Of a DNA stretch of 44,747 bases, positions 18,547 to 28,305 are shown piece by piece; within the stretch, counting starts at the first letter, position 1, and the number at the start of each line of letters is the position of its first letter. The position numbers were made by a program, and so were the translations under genes. Source of the DNA: Euryarchaeota archaeon UBA126 (GTDB lineage: Archaea > Thermoplasmatota > Poseidoniia > Poseidoniales > Thalassarchaeaceae); NCBI GenBank assembly GCA_002497025.1, contig DAMG01000041.1:1-44747 (forward strand). Reading direction: 5' to 3'. The notes below the pieces were generated by a model, which saw only the letters and a list, made by a program, of their open reading frames with translations, was not told where the DNA came from and searched no databases.

Positions 18547-19704
18547 TCAGGCTTCAATCAGCATCCCAACAGCGTTGCCGCCACCGAGGCAAATTGTTAC
18601 AATTCCAATACCACCATTATTTCGATTCAGGGCATTTACGAGAGTCATCAGGCAACGTGTTCCAGTTGCCCCAAGCGGGTGCCCAATCGCCACCGCTCCT
18701 CCGTGTGGATTGAATCCCTCATCTGGGAACTCAAATGCATTCTGAATGGCACACGAAGCGGCTGCAAAAGCCTCATTATGCTCTAAAATATCTATATCAG
18801 AAATTTCCAATTTGTTCCGGTCTAGGAGCATTTGAATGGCAGGAATAGGAGCAGACATAACCCTATTTGGCTCTACACCAGATGTGACGTAATCAATGAT
18901 TTTAGCAAGTATTGGCCAGCCATTTTCATTGGCGATTTCCTCAGAAGCGATTAGAACGGCTGAACCTCCATCAGACACCTGACTTGCGTTACCAGCGGTA
19001 ACTTGCCCATCATCCTTGAATACAGTTCTAAGTCCAGTGAGACCTTCAATGGATGTATCAATTCTAATTCCTTCATCTCGCTCCAACTCGTCGATGGAAA
19101 CAACCTCTTCTGCAAGCCATCCATTTTCCCAGGCCGAGTCAGATAGTGTGTGCGAACGGAGTGCATATCTGTCAGATTCTAAACGAGAAATATTCGCTTC
19201 TTTTGCGATTGTCTCGCCAGTAATTCCCATCATTGATCCATCATAGGCATCCTTCAGACCATCGTGACTCAAAATCCCGGTCAATTCTGCAAATGAAATT
19301 TCATCACCTCGCTTTGCCCCACGAATAAAGTGCGGTGCTTGACTCATGGACTCCATTCCACCAGCAATTACAACATTGGATTTTCCAGCCATGATTTCTG
19401 TTGCAGCAACCATTGCTGCCTTGAGGCTTGAACCGCAGACTTTGTTGATGGTAGTACATGGGGTTGAGTAGGGCAGTCCAGCAGCTATCGCTACTTGGCG
19501 AGCAGGTGCTTGTCCTGCCCCTGCTTGAAGCACCTGTCCCATGTAGACTTGATCGATAATTCCGCTATGAGGGTCTATTCCAGCCCGTTCCAATACTCCC
19601 TCTACAGCCAATGTACCCAATTCTACCGCGGTGTAATTGGCTAATGCTCCACGAAAGCGGCCGAAAGGAGTTCTCGCATATGCGCATATGACCGGAGTCG
19701 ACAC
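18547..19704 (-). CDS. Acetyl-CoA C-acyltransferase (thiolase)
   Basis: NKVCGSS, GGMESMS, TAGNAS, NEAFA, GHPLGATG, CLGGG. GTG start. Confidence 0.95.
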   Translation of the reverse strand: MSTPVICAYARTPFGRFRGALANYTAVELGTLAVEGVLERAGIDPHSGIIDQVYMGQVLQAGAGQAPARQVAIAAGLPYSTPCTTINKVCGSSLKAAMVAATEIMAGKSNVVIAGGMESMSQAPHFIRGAKRGDEISFAELTGILSHDGLKDAYDGSMMGITGETIAKEANISRLESDRYALRSHTLSDSAWENGWLAEEVVSIDELERDEGIRIDTSIEGLTGLRTVFKDDGQVTAGNASQVSDGGSAVLIASEEIANENGWPILAKIIDYVTSGVEPNRVMSAPIPAIQMLLDRNKLEISDIDILEHNEAFAAASCAIQNAFEFPDEGFNPHGGAVAIGHPLGATGTRCLMTLVNALNRNNGGIGIVTICLGGGNAVGMLIEA

Positions 19705-19763
19705 AGGCGAGGCGAGCGAGTTACTCCCCTTGAAAGGTGCGATGGGAAAGCCGATGCTATCCC

Positions 19764-20846
19764 TCAGTTTTCGGATGAATAACCGTAAAATTCCGCATTC
19801 TTCAATTCGGGTCTGAAATCAGGTTTTACAAGTATGGTTCGAACAGCCCAGAGGTCCTTGAAGATACGATATTGAGAGGTTGCATCGAGATAATCGACAC
19901 CACTAGTTCCACCAGTTCCAATTCTTCTACCCATTATTCTCTCTACCATTCTTGCGTGTGAATGTCGCCACTTAACCATGGACTCTTCAAGTTCTACAAT
20001 TGCATCGATTAGAGTTCGTGGCCAAGTTAATAATGGCAATTCTCTGTATGATTCGATGAATAGTAATCCAGCACGAGCGCGGCTGATTTTTCCGTCTGGC
20101 TTGAGAAAATCAATGGCTCCTTGGTGAGATGCGGCAAAGCGCTCTGCTGCTTTTTCGGAAGTAGAAGCACCATACCCCGACATTCGCTCGGCGGCTTGCT
20201 TCCCTATGTTTTCGTGTGAACTCAGATGAGCGTCGATATACTCTGTAACGGCATGCTCGTCGTCATCATTTCCTGCTAATGAACCCATGATTGGAGTCCT
20301 AGATACCCATTGCAGCAAGGACTCACTTAGGGATGGTTTGGAAGCGACATCTTCCAAGCGGGCGAGAATAGCAGCATCTCTTTCGGAATTCTTTGCTAAC
20401 TTGCGAAATGTACTGATAGGGTCCATTCCATACAATCTATCTTCATTGGCCAAACCAAGTAAAATTTCGAATTCGCGCATTTGGTAGGATTCAAATCCAG
20501 ACGCAGTCCCAAGCCCGTCTCTGAATGCTAAGAATCCTTGAGGAGTCAAAGTTTCCAATACAGTCCACTGATTCGCCATTAATCGAAAAATTTCGGTTGT
20601 GCGTCCGAGGTGGTCGACTGCCCTTGGAATATCGTCCTCAGGAACATGATTTTGTGCGAGAATATCTCGAACTTCAGTTAATTCACGAATGACCTGTTTG
20701 AACCAAAGTTCGAAGGTTTGGTGAACGATTATGAAATGCATTTCATCTGGACTTACTCCTCTATCTTCTCCTTGAAGTTCTAACAAAGCGGGCAATTGTA
20801 GGTAGTCTCCGTATGTCCAATTGCCCTCGCTGCCTGAGCCGCCCAT
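19764..20846 (-). CDS. kynA: Tryptophan 2,3-dioxygenase
   Basis: TYGDYLQL, DEMHFIIVHQTFELWFKQ, ASGFES, GTGGTSGVDYL. Start placed at ATG 20846 from promoter spacing. Confidence 0.95.
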   Translation of the reverse strand: MGGSGSEGNWTYGDYLQLPALLELQGEDRGVSPDEMHFIIVHQTFELWFKQVIRELTEVRDILAQNHVPEDDIPRAVDHLGRTTEIFRLMANQWTVLETLTPQGFLAFRDGLGTASGFESYQMREFEILLGLANEDRLYGMDPISTFRKLAKNSERDAAILARLEDVASKPSLSESLLQWVSRTPIMGSLAGNDDDEHAVTEYIDAHLSSHENIGKQAAERMSGYGASTSEKAAERFAASHQGAIDFLKPDGKISRARAGLLFIESYRELPLLTWPRTLIDAIVELEESMVKWRHSHARMVERIMGRRIGTGGTSGVDYLDATSQYRIFKDLWAVRTILVKPDFRPELKNAEFYGYSSEN

Positions 20847-20937
20847 GCTGTCCGGATGACGCTTCACGCTTGAATCGTTACCCTAGCCACAGTTCGGAAT
20901 AGGAACCGTATAAATTGTAGAATTTAGTCGACAATCT

Positions 20938-21543
20938 ATGACTGGTAGATGCGGCGGTCCACAAGAAAAGTCGGACGTATTTCGACCTGCAAGTCAACTT
21001 CATGTCCAAGAAGGTCTTGATTTACATCTCGTCGGTAATGCTGACGCAGCGGAATTATTCTCCGTTGTCGACTCTAACAGAGATTACCTCAGGCAATGGT
21101 TACCTTGGCTTGATGCAACGAATAGCATTGATGATGAAGCCGCATTCATTTCAAATAGCCTTGATGAATATGAAAAACGAGAAGGAGTATTCTACACAAT
21201 CCTACTCAATAACCGTATCATAGGAACGATTAGCCTAAATTGGATAGATTGGGGAAATAGGGCGGCAGGTGTCGGATATTGGCTGTCTGAGGACCAAACT
21301 GGAAACGGATACGTAACGAAATCTTGTATTCGATTGATGGAACATTGCTTCAACGATCTAAATCTACACAGATTTGTTCTTGAAGCGGCTGTAGACAATA
21401 TCCCGAGCTGTGAGATTGCAGACAGAATAGGTATGAGATTAGAGGGAGTAACCAAAGATAGAGAGTGGCTATACGATCACTATGTCAATGCCAAATTATA
21501 TGCAATCACAAAGCCGGAATGGGATGAAAAGCGCGCTTCCTGA
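20938..21543 (+). CDS. RimJ/RimL-type GNAT N-acetyltransferase
   Basis: LRQWLPW, VGYWL, GNGYVT, NIPSCEIADRIGMRLEG; TATAAAT 22 nt upstream of the start. Confidence 0.9.
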   Translation: MTGRCGGPQEKSDVFRPASQLHVQEGLDLHLVGNADAAELFSVVDSNRDYLRQWLPWLDATNSIDDEAAFISNSLDEYEKREGVFYTILLNNRIIGTISLNWIDWGNRAAGVGYWLSEDQTGNGYVTKSCIRLMEHCFNDLNLHRFVLEAAVDNIPSCEIADRIGMRLEGVTKDREWLYDHYVNAKLYAITKPEWDEKRAS

Positions 21544-21544
21544 A

Positions 21545-23686
21545 TTACCCAAGTAACCCGTTATCAGTCATTTCACAAGTACCAGAAGGCAAGGTTGCTA
21601 AAACGTCGTCTTGTGCTAGGCCAGTAGCCTTTGCAATTCGATTGGCTATGGTTTCTTTCTTTTCTAATCCAGGTCTAATAATAGCCCATCTTTGACATAA
21701 TTTAGACACCCCCTCTACGGTTCCAGAAATTGGGATTGGGATGTTGTTGACGGTTGCAAAACCAATCGCTATTTCCATATCTACATCTCTGTACCAAGTT
21801 CTTTGTCCTCTGACAACAAATGCACCACGACCTAGCGATTCCCCACTCTCAGTTTGTTTGGAAACTTGCGCAGGGCGAGCATGGAATGCGGTTGCTGCGG
21901 CGCTACCACTGCCCCATGCACGAGACCAACATATTGCCAATTGCGCAGCTTCTTTGATGATATCAGTGGGTAGATTCTGAGCATCTTCTATTGAACCAGC
22001 GAAGTCCTGTGAAATTTGTAATGATGCAACACCTTCCGGTCTGAATCCTATAGGGTTAGGTTCAGTTTCTAACCCGTCGTGTAATCTGAGGGAGCAAGAT
22101 GGAGCCCCATGTAAATCAGCATGCACATAGAGGTCGGTAGAACGCAGATATTTCCTAACCACTGTATCATTGCCCTTTGCGTCACGGCCGCCAACAATCA
22201 TTCTACCATCCGACAAAATACCCCAGCGATGTTTTTCGAACCAGAATCTCTTGCTGCGCTTTCCTATTCTTACTCTTCCAGCCGCCGCTTCTTTCTCTCT
22301 TTTGGCAGCATCCTTGGCGACTTGATTTTCCGTCTTTTCCAAGGCCAATCTAGCTCCTTTCGCTTTATCCTTCAGTGTTCTAGCCTGTTCGAAATAAGTC
22401 TGAGCATTTTGGTGGACAGAATTTTCTACAGATAGAGTTACACTTGCTCCAGGTTCGTTATCCTCGTCCGGTAACCTAGCCAAAATGGTATGTTTTGCAG
22501 GATCAATTCTATCTATCCATGTAACATCTGTAATCTTTGAGTCTAGAGTTTGCCATCCTTCATTTTTAATCAATAAATTTACTTGACCGAGTAAATCGTC
22601 TACATGAGTCCAGTTATCCTGAATCGATTTTGCTAATTCCTGAGTCAAAGTGGCTTGAGATTCAAACCGCTCGATTGCTGAACGTTGCTGAGTAGCCCTT
22701 CGGTCGAGCTTTGCTTTCTGTTGCGCATCATCTTCACCCGCCGCGGCTAGTTTTTCTTCTTCTCGACGGATGTAAGCGATTGCATCATGTGCTCCAAATA
22801 TCACATCATATGCTTCTGATAGATCTGCGACTTTCGCTCTAAGTTTTGAATCCATGAATGGAAGATTTATTGGCGAAAATTCGTTAATCAATCCACTGGC
22901 TGAATCTCTGGCTTGAGGATCATCTTCTGCCGAATTCCAAGATTTTAATCCTTCTTTTTCTTCAAACCAGATATATGCACCTTGGTCTTCTGATAACTCA
23001 TTAAGTAATTTATTCATCGATTCACTGAGAGCCTTTCTCTGAGATTCCTCAAGAGAATCAGCAGGGTCATCTGAATCGATTTCTGCGGCACTACAAATCG
23101 CATTTCCGTAGATTCGGCCAAGGTTTGCACGCGCCGCAAGTGTCCGAATCAGAGAATGATCTGAATTATCCAATAAATTATTCAAACCACTCTTGTCAAG
23201 TTCTCTAGGGTCCAAAGTTTCTGGAGGAGGTGTGTAGGGTTCACCTCTCTTTAGAGCACGGCTTGCATATTTTGCGTGTGTTAATGGCTGAATAATCACG
23301 TCATTATCATCTAGGAGCAACACGTTTCCATCCCTAAATAATTCAATGACTAGTTTGTATTGGCCACCTCCGTGTTCGAAGGTCAAAACCACTACTCTGT
23401 CGAAGCCAATTTGCTCTACCTCAACCAAGCGTGAATTGCCTAGATGTTTTCTCAAAATCATAGCAAAAGGAGACGGATTGTTTGGCATCGGCCTATCCCT
23501 TCTAGACATATACAACCTTTTTCCGCGCACAATGACCAAATCAACTGAAGGTTTTCCCTTCGGATTTAACCTCAAAACAACTTGTTCGTAATGTGGCTGG
23601 TAGGCTTTGCGTGCGCGGGTTCCGATCATTCCCCGTAGTTCCCTGACCATGCGGGCGACATCGAATGAAGACGACTGCGCACGCAT
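21545..23686 (-). CDS. rqcH: Ribosome quality control protein Rqc2/RqcH (NEMF/NFACT family)
   Basis: SSFDV, PSPFAMILRKHL, GFDRVV, ELFRDGN, NAQTYF, WFEKHRW, GGRDAKGND, HADLHGA, GAFVVRG. Start placed at MRAQSS (23686). Confidence 0.93.
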   Translation of the reverse strand: MRAQSSSFDVARMVRELRGMIGTRARKAYQPHYEQVVLRLNPKGKPSVDLVIVRGKRLYMSRRDRPMPNNPSPFAMILRKHLGNSRLVEVEQIGFDRVVVLTFEHGGGQYKLVIELFRDGNVLLLDDNDVIIQPLTHAKYASRALKRGEPYTPPPETLDPRELDKSGLNNLLDNSDHSLIRTLAARANLGRIYGNAICSAAEIDSDDPADSLEESQRKALSESMNKLLNELSEDQGAYIWFEEKEGLKSWNSAEDDPQARDSASGLINEFSPINLPFMDSKLRAKVADLSEAYDVIFGAHDAIAYIRREEEKLAAAGEDDAQQKAKLDRRATQQRSAIERFESQATLTQELAKSIQDNWTHVDDLLGQVNLLIKNEGWQTLDSKITDVTWIDRIDPAKHTILARLPDEDNEPGASVTLSVENSVHQNAQTYFEQARTLKDKAKGARLALEKTENQVAKDAAKREKEAAAGRVRIGKRSKRFWFEKHRWGILSDGRMIVGGRDAKGNDTVVRKYLRSTDLYVHADLHGAPSCSLRLHDGLETEPNPIGFRPEGVASLQISQDFAGSIEDAQNLPTDIIKEAAQLAICWSRAWGSGSAAATAFHARPAQVSKQTESGESLGRGAFVVRGQRTWYRDVDMEIAIGFATVNNIPIPISGTVEGVSKLCQRWAIIRPGLEKKETIANRIAKATGLAQDDVLATLPSGTCEMTDNGLLG

Positions 23687-23760
23687 GGCTATCATTACGA
23701 GGGCAAGCGCGCCCTTCATCAGACAATCGCTTGATATCTGACGGCTTAGGCCCATTGACA

Positions 23761-24789
23761 ATGACTGGTATGGGGGGGCTTCGCATGGGCGATGGGGTGC
23801 CATACGTGCATGGTCCAGAAACCATGGGAGAAGTCGACATAGGTCTCAGAGCCTTTTGGTATCGACCAATGCTACTTCGGAATACTATCGATGTAGAAGT
23901 AGATATTGATTGGGGTATACATTGCAATGCAGATGCACTAGCCGAGCAGGCGGCAATAATGGCAAACCGAATGAATGAGGATGGGATTGAAGAGGCTGAA
24001 ATGTTGGCCTTGGACTTAGCATTTATTTTCGGATTTGACCATGAATACTTCCATCACCGCTTCGATTCAGGTCTGAGTTCTCATGTGATGCGAACTCATA
24101 CTCAAACCGGCTCATTACCAACTAATTTTGGCGTTTATGATGAATTACATGATACCATTTCTACTCATAGAGAGGGGCCGGAATGGTGGTTATTGACAGA
24201 AGAAACTCTCGCTAACGCACATATTGCAATGGATCCAACTAGACTTGGCGGATTGAAGGATGCCTTCATCGAATATGGTTTACTTCCCGAACCCGGAGAT
24301 CGTTCCAGAGGGCCATATGCGGCTTGGCGATTTGTGATATCAGATCCTTGGAAGTTCAATTGTTTAGCACACCATACTTGGTTACAGATTTTGACAGGAG
24401 AATTGGACCCAATGAATATAATTCCTGCAATTGAATCAATTACACACGAAGGTGGGACAGATGCTGCATTCGACGCTCTTGTTGATTCTATTGTAGATGC
24501 CTGTGACTTACCAGCAGATGAAGACTCGGTGCCAGATCGTGTGCTAGGTCGAAATGGAACTGAGCACCTGTTTGCTATGGGTGGTGTGCCTGATGGTATG
24601 CTCCGACGTCTCGAGGTTCCAATGCATTTTCATGGTGGTGAGGCGAACCGTATGGCAGAGAGATACGGCCCAACAAACCCAGATTGGCCATATGCAATTA
24701 TTGAGAATCTCTATGATAAATTGGGGCGATACGACGACGGTCCAGTAGACTCATGGAGTGGGGACGACCCATTCTCTTCAATGGCTTGA
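23761..24789 (+). CDS. Hypothetical protein with HExxH...EExxA (gluzincin-like) motif
   Basis: Long open frame filling the gap between rqcH and the hydrolase; HEYFH and TEETLANAH. Start chosen to avoid overlap with rqcH and is uncertain. Confidence 0.65.
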   Translation: MTGMGGLRMGDGVPYVHGPETMGEVDIGLRAFWYRPMLLRNTIDVEVDIDWGIHCNADALAEQAAIMANRMNEDGIEEAEMLALDLAFIFGFDHEYFHHRFDSGLSSHVMRTHTQTGSLPTNFGVYDELHDTISTHREGPEWWLLTEETLANAHIAMDPTRLGGLKDAFIEYGLLPEPGDRSRGPYAAWRFVISDPWKFNCLAHHTWLQILTGELDPMNIIPAIESITHEGGTDAAFDALVDSIVDACDLPADEDSVPDRVLGRNGTEHLFAMGGVPDGMLRRLEVPMHFHGGEANRMAERYGPTNPDWPYAIIENLYDKLGRYDDGPVDSWSGDDPFSSMA

Positions 24790-24792
24790 GAA

Positions 24793-25647
24793 TCAAGCAG
24801 CGGTTTCCATGAAATCTTCGATTACAGATATAGCGGCCGCCTCATGTGCAAATTGATTACTTTCGATTTCAATTAGTCTGGAATTTGGGATTTGATTGCT
24901 AAGTTTACCGGCATCAGAGTGGTCATGTAGAGTGTCAGAAGATGCTCTGAGAATCCCTACCGGGGCGTTAGTATTGGAGAAATCAAGGTTCATTTTGTAT
25001 TTTCTAAAGACTAACGAGCAAAGCCTTAGTCTATCGATTGGCGCTGCTAATAGAGTTCTTCTATAACGAATTCTTTGGCCCTCTTCTTTCAAACGCTTGT
25101 CCAGATACCAAATTACAAATTTAACCAAAGCATCGTACAGAAATAATGGTGCGGGAATTAGAGGTCTAGCCCAAATTGGGGGAGTGAATGCTAGGTTTGG
25201 AGATAAGACAACAATACTTCGAAAAACCAATTTTTCCCCCCTAAGTCCTTCGAGTAATAGTGTAGCGCCCAATGATGAACCCATGGCGTCACAGTCTGAT
25301 GGATCAAGTCCCATCCTTGCCAAAATGATTGGTAAATCGGATGCGATATTTTGGATTTGGAACGACTCTTTGGAAATTTTCATGTCAATTCGACAACTTC
25401 CTTTTTCCCGAGTTTCAATGTAAACAACAGGTCTCTGCTTCACCCACTCCGAAAGAATCGGAAACCATCCCTCTGGAACCGAGTTCCAGCCAGGAATCAT
25501 TACAAGTGTTCTAGTTTGTTTATAATCTTCATTTTTTGGAGTCCAATGTAGGACTCTTAGATTGTATCCCGTATTTCCTTCAATCCATTTCTGTTCAACA
25601 TCTGCTCCTTCAAATTCTGGAATTTCCTGCCACAATTCCGACTGCAT
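24793..25647 (-). CDS. Alpha/beta-fold hydrolase
   Basis: MIPGWNS oxyanion loop, GSSLG nucleophile elbow, candidate Asp (SSD) and His (FAH). Confidence 0.85.
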   Translation of the reverse strand: MQSELWQEIPEFEGADVEQKWIEGNTGYNLRVLHWTPKNEDYKQTRTLVMIPGWNSVPEGWFPILSEWVKQRPVVYIETREKGSCRIDMKISKESFQIQNIASDLPIILARMGLDPSDCDAMGSSLGATLLLEGLRGEKLVFRSIVVLSPNLAFTPPIWARPLIPAPLFLYDALVKFVIWYLDKRLKEEGQRIRYRRTLLAAPIDRLRLCSLVFRKYKMNLDFSNTNAPVGILRASSDTLHDHSDAGKLSNQIPNSRLIEIESNQFAHEAAAISVIEDFMETAA

Positions 25648-25648
25648 T

Positions 25649-27160
25649 TCATTTCACCTTAACAAAATTCCATATTCCCTCTTCTTGACGAATTTTTCCA
25701 CTTTCCTCAAGTGCAAGTAAGTGTGAATAGGTTTGATCCATGGCAAGATTTGGATGAGCATCTGGAGTATCTGCGTATGCTTCACGGGTAATCGAATCAA
25801 GGCTCCCGTCGCTTGATTTCACAGCATTTAATACTCTCAAATGACGTTCTTTACGATGATTCAAATAACGTGTCAATAATCTCTTTGGATTTGCAACCAT
25901 GGGTCCATGACCTGGGAATAGAAGAGGTGGATCCAAGTCTCTCAGGCGTTCTAATCCTGCAAGATACTCATTCATGTCTCCATCTGAGGAGGGAACTAGA
26001 ATTGTGCCGAATAGTACAGCATTATCTCCACTCACAATACCTGCTTCCCCAACCAAGCAAATGTGTCCAGGACAATGACCATGTGTTTCGATAACGCTCC
26101 AAGTTTCATCATCAATCTCGATAACATCTCCCTCGCTAAGAGTCCTATCGGTTTCGCATTTTGGTAAAACGGAAAGAGTTTCTTCACTGGCAAAAATTGG
26201 TGCTTGGTAAATTTTGGAAATCTCCGATAAATCTCCTATATGATCGGGATGTTTGTGAGTAAATACAGTAGCAATTATTTTACTTCCAGATTTCTCTATT
26301 TCAGCCACCTTTTTGCTTAGTATTTCCAAGGCCTCAATCGACCTAGCAGCCGGGTCGATAAGGATTCTACTTCCGCCAGGGTGGCCTAAAACATAGCAAT
26401 CTGTATGGGTTGCTGGAGGAAGTGTGTCAGTTGGTATTGGTACTAGTTCCACACCATTTGCATATTCGATTCTATGATACCCGCTTGGAGGGTTTTTGGC
26501 TAATTCAGAGAATCCTAACTCAACTATGTCACGAATAAGTGTGACTTGAGGGGGTGGTAGCTTTACTTTGTGAGAAAGCCAGGCGTGAAGCAGTTCGGCT
26601 GGCTTCCACCATTGAAATTCATCAAATTCAGAACGACCTGTAGGTAATTTTGGTTTAATTAGATTATTTCCAGTATCGATATGATAGAATCGATTCCTAT
26701 GGCGAATTGGTGCAACCGGCGGAGTAGTTCTTTGTGTAATTTGTACAGGGTTGAAATTGTCAATTGATAATTTATTTTCAAAAACTAGTTTCGACCATTC
26801 TGATTTGTTTTCATTGACTCGATCGATAATTTCAATTCCAACATTCACAAAATCCCCATTACCATCGGGTACAACCCCTACTTCTTCCAACATTTCTCTC
26901 AATAGTGCGATTAACCACTCACGATCTTCTCTTTCAGAAAACCAAGAGGGGTTGGATTCCGCTACTTTTCGATCAACCCTACTAATCCCACCGCCCGGAA
27001 ATGCCCAAAAATCGGGGAAACTAGGGACTTCAGATACTCTATGACAGAGCAGAATTTCCATGTTTTCTCCTGAATTTCTGCTAATTACTGCTGCAGCCGA
27101 GGGTCGTGGTTTTGCGACCTTGGCCGAGGGTAATTCAACCCCCTCTGGCAACTCACCCAT
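25649..27160 (-). CDS. NUDIX hydrolase fused to an MBL-fold metallohydrolase (LACTB2-like) with C-terminal winged helix
   Basis: FPGG...REMLEEVG Nudix box; THKHPDH, GHCPGH, SGD, PGHG; C-terminal HLLALEESGKI. Confidence 0.9.
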   Translation of the reverse strand: MGELPEGVELPSAKVAKPRPSAAAVISRNSGENMEILLCHRVSEVPSFPDFWAFPGGGISRVDRKVAESNPSWFSEREDREWLIALLREMLEEVGVVPDGNGDFVNVGIEIIDRVNENKSEWSKLVFENKLSIDNFNPVQITQRTTPPVAPIRHRNRFYHIDTGNNLIKPKLPTGRSEFDEFQWWKPAELLHAWLSHKVKLPPPQVTLIRDIVELGFSELAKNPPSGYHRIEYANGVELVPIPTDTLPPATHTDCYVLGHPGGSRILIDPAARSIEALEILSKKVAEIEKSGSKIIATVFTHKHPDHIGDLSEISKIYQAPIFASEETLSVLPKCETDRTLSEGDVIEIDDETWSVIETHGHCPGHICLVGEAGIVSGDNAVLFGTILVPSSDGDMNEYLAGLERLRDLDPPLLFPGHGPMVANPKRLLTRYLNHRKERHLRVLNAVKSSDGSLDSITREAYADTPDAHPNLAMDQTYSHLLALEESGKIRQEEGIWNFVKVK

Positions 27161-27246
27161 GACTCAACGAGGGGGTTGACCGCTTCAATCCAGCCCTGAG
27201 CGTAGCCTCTCGGCAAACTCAAGTCAGACATCTCTCAGGAAAGAAC

Positions 27247-28110
27247 ATGAGCGCTGGCGACTTTGACTACATTACCATTGGACATACCAATACAGCCACA
27301 GGCCATCGCCAGCATGAAGTGCAAATGCCTAGGTTTGGTCTAGGAGTTTGGCAAATGTCCGAAGGGGGCGAATGTCGTAGCGCTGTTAAGCATGCAATCA
27401 ACAATGGATATCGACTAATCGACACTGCAAGATCTTACGCAAACGAAACCGAGACGGGAGCGGCTATTCGAGATAGCGAGGTTGCAAGAGAGGAGATATT
27501 TGTCGTAACTAAACTACGAAGGCCACACGCGACAAGTTATGAAGCCGCTTTAGAGCACTGTCGAAGTAGCCTAGATATGCTTGGATTGGATTCTATTGAC
27601 CTATATCTCGTTCATGCTCCTCCTGAAGATATCGGCGCTAGAGCAGAGGTTTGGAGAGGAATGGAAGAATGTCTCGCTCGTGGATGGGCTAGATCGATTG
27701 GAGTCAGTAATTATGGCGCCCACCATCTAGATGATATGCGATCCTATGCCACCATTTTACCTGCTGTCAATCAGGTGGAATTACACCCTTGGAATCAGCG
27801 ACCTGCACTCCGTGCAGCAACAGAAGCTATAGGGGCCAATGTAATGGCTTACTCACCATTGGCAAGAGGTCACAAAGTGGAATGCGATAATCTCACAAAG
27901 ATAGCAAAATCACTAGGCTGCACACCAGCCCAAGCTGCGATTAAATGGGTTTACGATACTGGTGCGATTACCATTCCTAAATCGAGCAATCCCAGTAGAA
28001 TAGACGAGAATCTTGCGAGTTTGAAAGTAGATCTTAACGGTAAAGAATCTGCGTTTAATCAATTAGAAGAAGCCTATGTTTCTGGTTGGAACCCAACTGC
28101 CGAACCTTGA
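27247..28110 (+). CDS. Aldo/keto reductase
   Basis: GLGVWQ, IDTARSY, VTKL, DLYLVH, IGVSNY, NQVELHP, AYSPL, IPKS. Confidence 0.95.
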   Translation: MSAGDFDYITIGHTNTATGHRQHEVQMPRFGLGVWQMSEGGECRSAVKHAINNGYRLIDTARSYANETETGAAIRDSEVAREEIFVVTKLRRPHATSYEAALEHCRSSLDMLGLDSIDLYLVHAPPEDIGARAEVWRGMEECLARGWARSIGVSNYGAHHLDDMRSYATILPAVNQVELHPWNQRPALRAATEAIGANVMAYSPLARGHKVECDNLTKIAKSLGCTPAQAAIKWVYDTGAITIPKSSNPSRIDENLASLKVDLNGKESAFNQLEEAYVSGWNPTAEP

Positions 28111-28119
28111 GGAATAAAA

Positions 28120-28299
28120 ATGAGAGACCCCGAGACTATTGAAGAAGAATTAGCTCTGTTCGCAGAGGCTATAGAAGCCGGTATTGACCCCTTTCCTGAA
28201 CCAAAGAAGGAGACTCCTTGGGCTAGATATGCCGTTGCTTGGTTTATGATTATCCTAATGATTTCATTCGCTTCTAGATTACTCAACCGTGCACTGTGA
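28120..28299 (+). CDS. Small 59-aa tail-anchored membrane protein (not in ORF track)
   Basis: Hand translation: MRDPETIEEELALFAEAIEAGIDPFPEPKKETPWARYAVAWFMIILMISFASRLLNRAL*. It starts 9 nt after the AKR stop, following GAGG, and fills the gap to the tRNA. Confidence 0.75.
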   Translation: MRDPETIEEELALFAEAIEAGIDPFPEPKKETPWARYAVAWFMIILMISFASRLLNRAL

Positions 28300-28305
28300 T
28301 TTGTT

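Noticed and set aside
23665..23803. Apparent head-to-head overlap of rqcH and the HExxH gene
   Set aside because: An artefact of longest-ORF calling; plausible starts at 23686 (-) and 23761 (+) remove the overlap.
1991..28305. Genomic island bounded by the 3' ends of the two tRNAs
   Set aside because: No integrase, no duplicated tRNA 3' fragment seen, and the content is core housekeeping genes.
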